Shown: positions 28,041-37,489 of the stretch, in pieces
Numbering within the stretch: position 1 is the stretch's first letter
Layout of the letters: each line of letters begins with the position of its first letter
Position numbers and translations under genes: made by a program
Notes under the pieces: model-generated
Databases searched by the model: none
Told to the model about the DNA's origin: nothing
Seen by the model: the letters and a program-made list of their open reading frames with translations, nothing else
Assembly: GCA_043801155.1 (NCBI GenBank)
Contig: JAZDMI010000028.1
Location: 35,389-99,388, forward strand
Direction of reading: 5' to 3'
Source of the DNA: Candidatus Gottesmanbacteria bacterium
Lineage (GTDB): Bacteria > Patescibacteriota > Microgenomatia > JAMCYU01
DNA: 64,000 nt

Positions 28041-28483
28041 GTTAGTTTCTCAATTGTTTCTTCAAAGTCTGATAAATCTTCAAAATCAAGATAGACGCTG
28101 GCGTATCTTAGATAAGCAACCTTGTCAATTTTTTTTAATTTTTTTAAAACCATATTGCCAATTGTTTTTGAGGGAATCTCGGTTGATTCTTTACCTCGCA
28201 GTTCTTTCTCAATGTCATCAACTAAACTCTCAATTAGATCAATACTAACAGGTCTTTTCTCACAAGCTTTTATAATACCGATACGCAGTTTTTCTCTAGA
28301 AAATGATTCCCGACGCCCATCTTTTTTAATTACTAGAAGCGGTATATTCTCTACCCTCTCATAAGTTGTAAACCGCTTCTGGCATTGAATACATTCTCTG
28401 CGCCTGCGTGTCACTGCCAACTCTTCGCTTTCTCTAGTTTCAACTACCTCTGTTTCCTGACTTTCACAATATGGACACTTCAT
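28037..28483 (-). CDS. nrdR: Transcriptional repressor NrdR
   Basis: MKCPYC, RRRRECIQC..RFTTYE, ATP cone, VAYLRYASVY. Confidence 0.97.
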   Translation of the reverse strand: MKCPYCESQETEVVETRESEELAVTRRRRECIQCQKRFTTYERVENIPLLVIKKDGRRESFSREKLRIGIIKACEKRPVSIDLIESLVDDIEKELRGKESTEIPSKTIGNMVLKKLKKIDKVAYLRYASVYLDFEDLSDFEETIEKLT

Positions 28484-28552
28484 CGTTCATTACCTCGCTC
28501 TTCAATGCTTGCACTGTAAAACCGTCAAAGTTTTACAGTGTGAAAACAAAAA

Positions 28553-28600
28553 ACACTATATCTAGTGTTCTTAACCATAGTAGTACCCTATATGGGGGAT
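28553..28600. promoter_or_regulatory. Tandem NrdR boxes
   Basis: ACACTATATCTAGTGT (28553-28568) and a weaker ACCCTATATGGGGGAT (28585-28600), 32 bp apart, upstream of nrdR-nrdD. Confidence 0.75.
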
Positions 28601-28807
28601 GTCAACTAGGCAGTTTAATATCAAAATATATCAAGTAAAAAATTAGCCACGAAAGTACTTCCACTTAATATAACTTAATTTTTATGGGATAAAAATGAAT
28701 ACAGAAATTATGGTATTAGAAAGTGCTGAAGAATTTTTTTATTCAAAAATAAAGGATTATCATCTCTATATCTCTAACCCCTGATACCTAATCTTTAAAC
28801 CCTTAGT

Positions 28808-29575
28808 CTATCCAGTTAACCATCCCCCATCAACATAAAAGGTGGCCCCGGTACAATAGTCTGATTCATCACTGGCCAAAAAAACGGCCATCGCGCCTAT
28901 ATCTTGGGGCCGTCCGATTCTGCCTTTAGGAATTCTCATAAGCATCGCTTGTAAGGCTTGTTTATCCATTAAAGACACCTTAGCCATATCAGTATCAATT
29001 GCACCTGGGGCAATAGCATTGACATTAATTTTGTGTTTCCCCAACTCCAACGCCATTGCTTCAGTCATAGCAATAACCCCTCCTTTGGAAGCACAATAAT
29101 GAGCAATACTGGGAAAACTAATGCCTACCTGACCGGAAGCAATTGAAGCAATATTAATAATTTTTCCTCCGCTTCCCTGTTTTACTATCTGATTAGCCAC
29201 TGCTTGTGCTACTAAAAACTGTCCTTTAAGATTAACGGAAATTATTTTATCCCATGTTTCTTCTTTCATCTCTAAAAACGGTTCATAAGACAAGATTCCA
29301 GCATTATTAACAAGGATATCAATCTTACCTAATTTAGCGATAATTTGTTGAATCATAAATTCAACATCTTTCTTTTGCGAAACATCAGCTCTGATCGTTA
29401 GGCTTTGTCTACCTAACAGTTTTATTTCTTGGGTAACTTTTTCTGCTTCCGGTTCTGAAGATATATAGTTAACAACCACATCTGCTCCGGATTGAGCTAA
29501 CGCCAAAGAGATTCCCCGGCCAATACCTCTTGAGGCACCGGTTACTAAAGCAACTTTTCCTGAAAGATTAAACAT
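28808..29575 (-). CDS. SDR family oxidoreductase (FabG-like)
   Basis: TGASRGIG, NNAG, YCASK. Confidence 0.92.
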   Translation of the reverse strand: MFNLSGKVALVTGASRGIGRGISLALAQSGADVVVNYISSEPEAEKVTQEIKLLGRQSLTIRADVSQKKDVEFMIQQIIAKLGKIDILVNNAGILSYEPFLEMKEETWDKIISVNLKGQFLVAQAVANQIVKQGSGGKIINIASIASGQVGISFPSIAHYCASKGGVIAMTEAMALELGKHKINVNAIAPGAIDTDMAKVSLMDKQALQAMLMRIPKGRIGRPQDIGAMAVFLASDESDYCTGATFYVDGGWLTG

Positions 29576-29581
29576 TTTTTG

Positions 29582-30142
29582 TTACCTTTTAAGGTTTAAA
29601 ACTTTTTGATATTGTTTTTGGGCAACTGATAATAAATTCTCAAAATCAGGTTTCGTCGTTCCGGATACTTTTGACGATAATTCAATCAGCATCTCGATAT
29701 GCTTTTGCGATGCTTTCTCAAGATTGTCTAATTGGCTATTGACATTTTTCCCTTGTTTTTTTGTCTGTTCTGACTCGGTAACTGCCCGTTCAAAATAGTT
29801 TTCTCCTTTGGAAATTGTTGTAATTCCCAAACTAACTTTAGTTCCATCAATTAGCATTTTGCCAGCCGCAATGCGTTTATCAGACATAAGTAATAAAAAT
29901 TCGATTCTTTTGACAGGATCTTTGATTATTAAGTCGAGAATTTTATCACGAAGCATTTTAAGAGAATATAATGGGTGGTCTGGTAAAATCCCCGGATAAG
30001 GCATAGGATAATCAACCGGTTGAATAATTGATACTACTGGTGCTGGGGTTAATCGTGGGGTTATGGCTGAGGTAGATGTGGCAACTACAAAAGGTAATAA
30101 GAAAATAAAAATAAAAGCAAAACCGAAGGTCGGTTTTTTCAT
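29582..30142 (-). CDS. DUF5667-like secreted helical protein
   Basis: PGILPDHPLYSLK motif after a signal peptide. Confidence 0.7.
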   Translation of the reverse strand: MKKPTFGFAFIFIFLLPFVVATSTSAITPRLTPAPVVSIIQPVDYPMPYPGILPDHPLYSLKMLRDKILDLIIKDPVKRIEFLLLMSDKRIAAGKMLIDGTKVSLGITTISKGENYFERAVTESEQTKKQGKNVNSQLDNLEKASQKHIEMLIELSSKVSGTTKPDFENLLSVAQKQYQKVLNLKR

Positions 30143-30218
30143 GAGTTAATAACTATTATATACAAAATGTCAATCCAAATGCTACAATGAAATTGTTATG
30201 GGTTAAAAGAAATGGGTT

Positions 30219-32180
30219 ATGAGTATATTAAAAAAAATTATGAGAAGATTTTTGATCATTACTCTATTTTTAATAACTACTCAATTACTTATCCCGCAAC
30301 TAGCGGGAGTAGCGATCTTTGATCGCGTCCATTTATTGATTTCTTCTCCGGTCGTGGCCGCCACTAAAGATTACTCTTTCCCGCAAATTAATATTGATAT
30401 TACCGTAAATCCCGATTCTTCATTTAATGTTAGCGAGGATCGGACTGTTTCTTTTACCGGCTCATTTTCCGAACTTCATTGGGAATTTCCCAATAAATCA
30501 GGATACGGATCTTACCAAGACTTCCAGGTTTTTGAAGGTGCTATCCCCTATACCCTAAACCCTATACCCTCTTCTGACCGTCCACCTAATACCTATTACT
30601 TTACCCAAAGCAGTCAAAGCAATTATGTACAACTCTACTACCGGGCAACTGACGAGACCAGAACGTTTACTCTAAAATATAAAGTCGTCGGCGGTATTAA
30701 GAAATATCAAGATGTTGGAGAACTTTATTGGCAGGTTATTGGCGATAAATGGGAAAAATCCGCTGGCAATGTAAATATTACTGTCCATTTACCAACCAAT
30801 CCGTCAGTTGGCGGAGGCCAAATTTATGTCTGGGGCCACGGACCTTTATCTGGCCAGGCAAAAATTATTGATCATGAAACGGCACAATTTACCGTTCCTT
30901 CTTTACCCTCTAAAACATTTATTGAAATAAGAACACTTTTTCCAACCAATCTAATTACTGGTCAAACAATAGCAGAGAATGCTTTACCTCGGATTCAAAA
31001 AGAAGAACAGGGTTTTCAAAATGAAACAAAAACTAAGGGGTTTTTTATCTTTATTCTTCCTTTTATCGGAGTTGCTATTGTTTTGGGCTGGTTAATAATT
31101 ATGTTTTATGTCTGGCAAAAATATGGCAAAGAATATACACCAGTATCTATTCCAGCCTATGTTAAAGAACCGCCGTCAAAATTAGCACCGGCTTTGGTAG
31201 AACTATTAGTTAGCCAGTTAAACATTATTTCTACGAATTCATTTTCGGCGGTAATCTTAGATTTAGCTAGACGTCATTTCTTAAAAATTAAGGAAGAACA
31301 AATTGTAAAATCAGGATTTTTTGGCGCTAATATTTCTTATAAATACCAGTTAGTTTTAGATAAAGAAGACTTCCCAGACGATAATTCTCTTATGGATTTT
31401 GAAAAATCACTTTTAGATCTTCTTTTTAATCAAGTTGCCTCTAGTGCCAGTCCTGATTTTAATAATAAAAGTCTTTATCTTGATGATTTTAAAAAATATG
31501 GAAAGTCGAATCCGCTAATTATGAAAAATTGGTTTGAAAAGTGGAAAGATATGATCAAAGAACACGGCAAACAGATGGGATTTTTAGAGACTCCGGCAAT
31601 AAAATTTATTAGCTTTTTCCCACTCATTACAGTCTTAGTTTTCGCCTTCTCGTTAACTTTAATTTGTATTAGCTGGCAAACTTTACCCCAAACAATTTAT
31701 GGGTTTTTAATTCAGGAAACTTATATAACTTTAGGAATTGCTTTATTTGGTGGATGGCTAATTTATAGTTTTGTTAAAAATGCTTCTCAACGCTGGTCCT
31801 TCCATTATTCTCAAGAGGCTTATAAATGGCTAGCTTTTAAAAACTTTTTAAAGGATTTCTCCCATTTCCCTGAAGAGGTTCCCCATGCTTTAATTATTTG
31901 GGAAGAATATTTAGTCTATGGTACGGCTTTAGGTATAGCTTCTTTGGTTATTAAATATCTTTCGCCGATTCTTTTAGCCAATAATGTTAATGCCTCATGG
32001 TATATCACCAGCGGAAGCAGTCCAGGTAATATTTCTACATCTGGATTTTCTACATCTTTTGCCAACAGCCTTAATAGTCTAAACAGCGCCTTTACTTCAT
32101 CTTTCTCTTCCGGTTCAGGTGGTGGTTTTTCTGGTGGTGGTGGCGGAGGCGGCGGTGGAGGCGGAGGAGGGGCCAGCTGA
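30219..32180 (+). CDS. DUF2207 family membrane protein
   Basis: ELYWQVIG..W, VWGHGPL, W.AFK.FL.DFS, WEEYLVYGTALG, Gly-rich tail. Confidence 0.88.
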   Translation: MSILKKIMRRFLIITLFLITTQLLIPQLAGVAIFDRVHLLISSPVVAATKDYSFPQINIDITVNPDSSFNVSEDRTVSFTGSFSELHWEFPNKSGYGSYQDFQVFEGAIPYTLNPIPSSDRPPNTYYFTQSSQSNYVQLYYRATDETRTFTLKYKVVGGIKKYQDVGELYWQVIGDKWEKSAGNVNITVHLPTNPSVGGGQIYVWGHGPLSGQAKIIDHETAQFTVPSLPSKTFIEIRTLFPTNLITGQTIAENALPRIQKEEQGFQNETKTKGFFIFILPFIGVAIVLGWLIIMFYVWQKYGKEYTPVSIPAYVKEPPSKLAPALVELLVSQLNIISTNSFSAVILDLARRHFLKIKEEQIVKSGFFGANISYKYQLVLDKEDFPDDNSLMDFEKSLLDLLFNQVASSASPDFNNKSLYLDDFKKYGKSNPLIMKNWFEKWKDMIKEHGKQMGFLETPAIKFISFFPLITVLVFAFSLTLICISWQTLPQTIYGFLIQETYITLGIALFGGWLIYSFVKNASQRWSFHYSQEAYKWLAFKNFLKDFSHFPEEVPHALIIWEEYLVYGTALGIASLVIKYLSPILLANNVNASWYITSGSSPGNISTSGFSTSFANSLNSLNSAFTSSFSSGSGGGFSGGGGGGGGGGGGGAS

Positions 32181-32217
32181 CATTGACAAACTACTATCTA
32201 AGCTTTAATCTTAGATT

Positions 32218-32466
32218 ATGACCCATAAATATTTAAACCGTCGTTTTTTACCAATAATTATTTTTATCATCATCCTTCTTTTAACCATTCCTCTTCTTAT
32301 TTGGGGCGTTTCCCAAAGACAGGAACTGCGCAACAAAGCTGCCGGTGAGGATATTTTTCCTTATACTGACTTAAATAATGATGGCGTCATTAATAATGTT
32401 GATTTAAGAATTTATCTTGAAAAATATAGTTCGCCTAGTCCAAAAGATTCTCCATTAAATCCTTAA
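32218..32466 (+). CDS. Small membrane-anchored protein with a dockerin-like Ca-binding loop
   Basis: TM plus QELRNKAA plus DLNNDGVINNVDL. Confidence 0.7.
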   Translation: MTHKYLNRRFLPIIIFIIILLLTIPLLIWGVSQRQELRNKAAGEDIFPYTDLNNDGVINNVDLRIYLEKYSSPSPKDSPLNP

Positions 32467-32467
32467 T

Positions 32468-33007
32468 ATGATCAGTCTTTTGAATTTATTTGTTGTCTCA
32501 GCTGCATCAGCAGCGATGTCCTTTAGCCAACCGCCGGTAAATGTCCCTGTCGGCCAGGAATTTAAGGTGGCTGTTCTTGCCTCATCAGGAGGGACACAAA
32601 CCCTAGGAACTGATGCTGTAATAACCTATGATCCGAAGATGTTAACGGTGACTAAAATTTCCCGAGGTAGTCTTTACGCTCTCTATCCGCCAAATCTTGA
32701 AGATATTGATAATGTTCTTGGAAAGGCTAAATTTTCCGGTACGTCTAACACCATAAGCCCGCAAATTATTGATGGTATTTTAGGCTGGATATACTTTCGG
32801 GGCAAAAAAATTGGTGATACCCAAATTAGTATTGATTGGCGACCAGGCAGTACCAATGATTCAAATATCGTTCCTCTTACTGGTGAGATTGATCTTTTAA
32901 CCGTAGAACCAGCTAAAATTAGTGTCAATTTTGTCGAGGCAACCACAACCCAAGGGTTCTTTAATTTTATTCATCGTCTCCTAACGCTTGAGTTTTTGAA
33001 TATTTAA
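32468..33007 (+). CDS. Cohesin-like domain protein
   Basis: VGQEFKV, D..ITYDPKML.V, G.L..I.F.GK..G. Confidence 0.7.
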   Translation: MISLLNLFVVSAASAAMSFSQPPVNVPVGQEFKVAVLASSGGTQTLGTDAVITYDPKMLTVTKISRGSLYALYPPNLEDIDNVLGKAKFSGTSNTISPQIIDGILGWIYFRGKKIGDTQISIDWRPGSTNDSNIVPLTGEIDLLTVEPAKISVNFVEATTTQGFFNFIHRLLTLEFLNI

Positions 33008-33008
33008 C

Positions 33009-34184
33009 TCATCGCAACTTGAAAAAAATTAATCCAAACGCAGCTATCAACGAAAGAATCGCGTCAAAATAAAAAGCCGTGGCCGGATTAAATGCCTGCC
33101 ATAACCAACCGGCGATTAATGAAGCTGGCAATAATGTACCCCCAATTACTAAATTATAAATTCCAAAGGCAGTCCCCCGCTTGGCCGGACCGACTAAGTC
33201 AGCTATCAGGGCTTTGGCTACTCCTTCGGCTAACCCCATATAAATACCATAAGTAAAGAAAAGAACAATGATTACTGAAAGAGAATTTACCTGACTAAAA
33301 CCAAAGTACGATATGCTATAGATTAACCACCCAAAAAATAGGAGTTTTTTTCGGCCGATTCGATCGGACAAATTTCCGGCTGGAACAGAAATTATGGCAG
33401 CCATAAAGTTAAGCAGGGCTAGAAGGAAAAATATTACAGCCAATGACACACCAATATTTTGCGCCCGCAGTACTAAAAACCCATCTGAAGAATTCGCTAA
33501 TGAGAAAATAAAAGTTAAAATTAAAAAATGATAATATTTTGGACTTAATTTTTCTTCAAGATTAATTCTATTTGAAATTTCGATACTTTTTTCTTCTTTA
33601 ACGAAAAAAACTATGGCGATAATCGCTAAAATTAATGGAATTACGGCTAAAAGTACAATTTTAGTAAATGTTGACTCCTGCAAACGGGCAATATTTCCCT
33701 GGGATAAGATAACAATAATTCCGGCTACAACCAGACCAAAAACAGCACCGGCATCATCAAAAGCCCGATTCAAACTAAAAGATCGGCCTTTTTCTTTTTC
33801 ATCCGAGGAAGCAGCGATTAAGGCATCGCGGGGAGCACCATTAATTCCCTTGCCGGATCGATCCAAGAATCTAACAATCAGTACTTGTCCCCAACTGGTC
33901 GCCCAAAATAGAAAAATTACTGCTGATCGGATTATTTGCCCAAAGAGAACCAACGCTTTTCTTTTTTTAAATTTATCTGATAACCAGCCGGATATTGGTT
34001 GAAAAATTTGTGGCGTCGCCTCGGCCACCCCCTCTACCAATCCGACGATATCAGTTTTAACTCCTAAGACATTCGTCAAAAATAAAGGAATAGTTCGCTT
34101 GATTGTTTCTCCGCCAATATCATTCAAGAAGGAAACTAATGAAAGAATAAAAACGTTGCTGGGGAAACCTAAGATTTTTTTCAT
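33009..34184 (-). CDS. MFS transporter
   Basis: 12 TM; GWLSDKFKKRK and GNLSDRIGRKK motif A. Confidence 0.9.
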   Translation of the reverse strand: MKKILGFPSNVFILSLVSFLNDIGGETIKRTIPLFLTNVLGVKTDIVGLVEGVAEATPQIFQPISGWLSDKFKKRKALVLFGQIIRSAVIFLFWATSWGQVLIVRFLDRSGKGINGAPRDALIAASSDEKEKGRSFSLNRAFDDAGAVFGLVVAGIIVILSQGNIARLQESTFTKIVLLAVIPLILAIIAIVFFVKEEKSIEISNRINLEEKLSPKYYHFLILTFIFSLANSSDGFLVLRAQNIGVSLAVIFFLLALLNFMAAIISVPAGNLSDRIGRKKLLFFGWLIYSISYFGFSQVNSLSVIIVLFFTYGIYMGLAEGVAKALIADLVGPAKRGTAFGIYNLVIGGTLLPASLIAGWLWQAFNPATAFYFDAILSLIAAFGLIFFKLR

Positions 34185-34212
34185 TTAATGAGATAAATTT
34201 AAAAAAGTTTAG

Positions 34213-34351
34213 AGGGGATGCTGTGTCACAATTTTTGATATCCCCACACTTATGCTTCTTTCCTTTATTTTAAAAAAACTCCGTGCTAGTGCGTAAGACA
34301 TTAATTTACTTAAAACAATGTGGGGTGAAAAAATTCGTGACCAGCAGCCCT
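34213..34351. repeat. Intergenic MITE-like imperfect inverted repeat
   Basis: GGG..GCTG.GTCAC.AATTTTT..CCCCACA / TGTGGGG..AAAAAATT.GTGAC.CAGC..CCC; right arm resembles 19698-19733. Confidence 0.55.
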
Positions 34352-34352
34352 G

Positions 34353-34940
34353 CTAGCTACTATGATTATAATATCCGAGGGCTTGAAGCACAATATCGAG
34401 GGTTTCCTGGGGACTATGAGAGTAAGTATTGATGACCAGATCATAATATTTATTATCCCAAAAATCAGTTATCGGAACCCGGTAAATCCTTACCCACTTT
34501 TCTAGATTTTTATCTTCTCTGTCTTTGATTAAATTCTTGGCGTCTTCCACTTTCATCATATCCCGATTTACAATCCGATCAATACGCAGCGCATCATCAC
34601 AAATAAGTAAGATTTTAAGTACGTGTTTTAAACCCCTCATATTCCAACCGGCAATCCATGATTCAACACAATAATGGCCACCGCTTTCCAACTTTTCTCT
34701 CATGGCCACATCAATTTCGTGGTCGACTTCATCCCCATAAACTGTGGCATAGTGGTGTTTTACATCTTTAGGGTCATGAAGATTATGATCTATCGCATAT
34801 TGTCTTGACCATTCGCCGCCGGAGAAAAATTCAAAGCCCAAAGGAGTAAGTGCTGTTTTAAGGTTATTAAACAGTGTGGTTCTACCAACACCTGGTTTGC
34901 CGGAGATAGCCACCGATTGATACTTAAGCTTCTTCTCCAT
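34353..34940 (-). CDS. Cytidylate kinase-like protein (archaeal-type Cmk)
   Basis: ISGKPGVGRTT, SGG..R, ESWIAGW, YDLVINT. Confidence 0.8.
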   Translation of the reverse strand: MEKKLKYQSVAISGKPGVGRTTLFNNLKTALTPLGFEFFSGGEWSRQYAIDHNLHDPKDVKHHYATVYGDEVDHEIDVAMREKLESGGHYCVESWIAGWNMRGLKHVLKILLICDDALRIDRIVNRDMMKVEDAKNLIKDREDKNLEKWVRIYRVPITDFWDNKYYDLVINTYSHSPQETLDIVLQALGYYNHSS

Positions 34941-35052
34941 GAAGAAATACTACATTAACTTTTTAAAAATTACAACTATTAATTGGCATTCCCCTTTTTA
35001 ACTGATATAAACCTTCTTAATCCCGCCCAAAGAGGACGGGTTTTTATTAAAA

Positions 35053-35847
35053 ATGACTCCCTTAGTCGAACAAAGAGTATTTTCTGTTAAAGATATAAGT
35101 TTCTATAACGAAAAAACTCATCTCCATACTTTTACTGGTCAAGATAAAGAAGGAAGATCTACCCAGGAACGTTATTTGGTAATGGGACAATTAGTGGCAG
35201 AATCTCTTGTCAGATCATTAGCACTGGAAGTTGAAAAAAGCGGGTTTTCTCCAGATGTTATTATCGGTGTTACCCGAGGAGGGTTTGATCCTGGCCGAAA
35301 AATGGCTGATTATCTAAATGACCTACAGATAGTCGTGATAACCTTAGCTTCTGGCTATAATCCTGATCATACCAGAGTTCCCCCAGTTTTTATTCAAAAA
35401 TTACCTTCGTTGCTTCAGACAGAAAAAAAACTTAAGAAACTTAGAAAACTTAATTCACATCAAGGGATTAAAAGAGTCTTAGTTGTTGAAGAAATTATTG
35501 ATCAGGGAGATAGTGTGAAAAAAATCAACCAACATATTGAAAGAAAATGGCATTTATCTCGAACCCAACGCCAAATTAGATATGCAACTCTGGTTGCCAG
35601 AGACGCTGGTTTAAAAACCGGCTTAGTTGATTATTACAAGCTGAAAACTGAAAATTGGGTGATCTTCCCATGGGAAAGAAGAGAGTCATTTAAAAAACTG
35701 TTTAAGATCTGGAAAGCATACAAAAATCCTTTACCAGATAGCTGTATTAAGGAAAGGTTTACAGAATTAGGTTACTCAAAAAAAGATATTGATTGGTTTG
35801 GAAAAGACTTATTCCGCCCCTCAAGATCCCCGATTAAATCGGGGTGA
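35053..35847 (+). CDS. Type I phosphoribosyltransferase
   Basis: IGVTRGG, VLVVEEIIDQGDS PRPP loop, WVIFPWE. Confidence 0.8.
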   Translation: MTPLVEQRVFSVKDISFYNEKTHLHTFTGQDKEGRSTQERYLVMGQLVAESLVRSLALEVEKSGFSPDVIIGVTRGGFDPGRKMADYLNDLQIVVITLASGYNPDHTRVPPVFIQKLPSLLQTEKKLKKLRKLNSHQGIKRVLVVEEIIDQGDSVKKINQHIERKWHLSRTQRQIRYATLVARDAGLKTGLVDYYKLKTENWVIFPWERRESFKKLFKIWKAYKNPLPDSCIKERFTELGYSKKDIDWFGKDLFRPSRSPIKSG

Positions 35848-35873
35848 ATCGAGGTAAGGAAAAAGACAGAATA

Positions 35874-37364
35874 TTATTCTGGCTTATTTAATACCACTGG
35901 TTTAAATCGGGTCATTGCCTCAAGCGTATATTTAACACCCTGAACTCCGACGCCACTGCCTTTAATGCCTAAAAAGGGAAAGTGATCCGGACCTCGTTGC
36001 GGTTTGGAATTAATCTGGACTGTCCCTACATTTATTCTTTGAGCTAATTTTATGGCTGTTCCTTCATCTTTAGTAAAAATACAAGCTTGTAAACCATATA
36101 ATGAGTCATTAATAATTTTTACTGCCTCATTAATATTACTTACGGAAATTAACGAAACTACCGGCCCAAAAGTTTCGATTTTAACAATTTCCCAGTAAGA
36201 TTTAACTCCATCAAGAATTGTTGGTTCGTAATATAAGCCTCGGCGACGGCCACCGCGAACAATTTCTGCTCCGGCAACCTTGGCTTTAATAATACGGTTC
36301 TCAACTATTTCGACAGCGTCTTTACTGATAAGCGGTCCAACCATTTTAGTGGTTTTTTCTCGTGGATCTCCTAGTTTAACCAATTTTTCTAATTCGTCTA
36401 ATAACATTGGTTTAAGTTTATCAAGTACTTCCCTTTGGGCTAAAACATATTTTATGGCCGTACAACGCTGTCCGGAGAAGGAATATGCACCTTTAATAAT
36501 TTCCTTAGCCGTTAAATCTAAATCAGCATCGGGTAAAACTATGGCTGGGTTATTACCTCCACACTCGAAAAGCAAAGGAATCATGCCTGCTTTACGAGCT
36601 ATCTTTTCCCCAACTAAACTTGAACCGGTAAAAGAAATCATTGATACCCGCGGATGAGTAACTAAATAATCGCCAATTTCTGCTCCGGTTCCGGTTACGG
36701 TATTTAATATCCCCGGCGGTAAACCGGCTTTACGGAAAACCTCAACCAAGTGAAGAGCGCTTAAAGAACCATAAGTTGCCGGTTTAAGGACCACGGCGTT
36801 ACCGGTAATTAATGCCGGAGCAATTTTTGAGGCCGATAAATTAACCGGATAATTAAAAGGTGAAATTGATAAAACTACACCAACAGGTACCCGGGAAATA
36901 ACTGCCTGTTTACCTTTTTCGTAACCGGGGAAGGAATCAGAATCTAAAGTTTCACCCTGGAGACTTCTGCCGGCTTCAGCAAAATAATCAATTAAGTCAG
37001 CCGTTCTGATAATTTCGTCTTCTGCTTCGGCAATATTTTTTCCAATTTCCAAAATTAATAGATTAGATAGATATTCTTTATGCTCTTTTAACCAATCAGC
37101 TGCCAGATGAAGAATCCGGGCACGTTTTTCTAGAGGAGTTTTTTGCCAAATCTGTTGGGCCCAAAAAGCTGCTTCCATCGCCTCATCAATTTCCGCCTGG
37201 TTTAGGCTTTGGATCTTGCCAACGATCTCATCAGTGACTGGGGAAAAGATATCAACCGTTTTACCGCTTTTGCTGGTTAACCATTCACCATCACAAAAAT
37301 ATTTATATATCGGGGGTCCGCCAGCTGGCGGATTGGTATAAATCTCTTCAAAAAAATTAGGCAT
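35874..37364 (-). CDS. gapN: NADP-dependent non-phosphorylating glyceraldehyde-3-phosphate dehydrogenase
   Basis: PFNYPVNLSASKIAPAL, SFTGS, ECGG, SGQRCTAIK, QRGPDHFPFLG.K.SG.GVQG. Confidence 0.88.
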   Translation of the reverse strand: MPNFFEEIYTNPPAGGPPIYKYFCDGEWLTSKSGKTVDIFSPVTDEIVGKIQSLNQAEIDEAMEAAFWAQQIWQKTPLEKRARILHLAADWLKEHKEYLSNLLILEIGKNIAEAEDEIIRTADLIDYFAEAGRSLQGETLDSDSFPGYEKGKQAVISRVPVGVVLSISPFNYPVNLSASKIAPALITGNAVVLKPATYGSLSALHLVEVFRKAGLPPGILNTVTGTGAEIGDYLVTHPRVSMISFTGSSLVGEKIARKAGMIPLLFECGGNNPAIVLPDADLDLTAKEIIKGAYSFSGQRCTAIKYVLAQREVLDKLKPMLLDELEKLVKLGDPREKTTKMVGPLISKDAVEIVENRIIKAKVAGAEIVRGGRRRGLYYEPTILDGVKSYWEIVKIETFGPVVSLISVSNINEAVKIINDSLYGLQACIFTKDEGTAIKLAQRINVGTVQINSKPQRGPDHFPFLGIKGSGVGVQGVKYTLEAMTRFKPVVLNKPE

Positions 37365-37489
37365 TAATTAAATAATACCACAATTATTAAAAAAATATAG
37401 AGTTATTTTTTCTTCTTGTGTTTTGCACATGTTTTGCACATAAAATTTTCCTCCTATAATTTATCATAACACAATTTTGGTATATAATA

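Noticed and set aside
32110-32180. GGN repeat tract
   Set aside because: Normal Gly-rich C-terminus of DUF2207 proteins.
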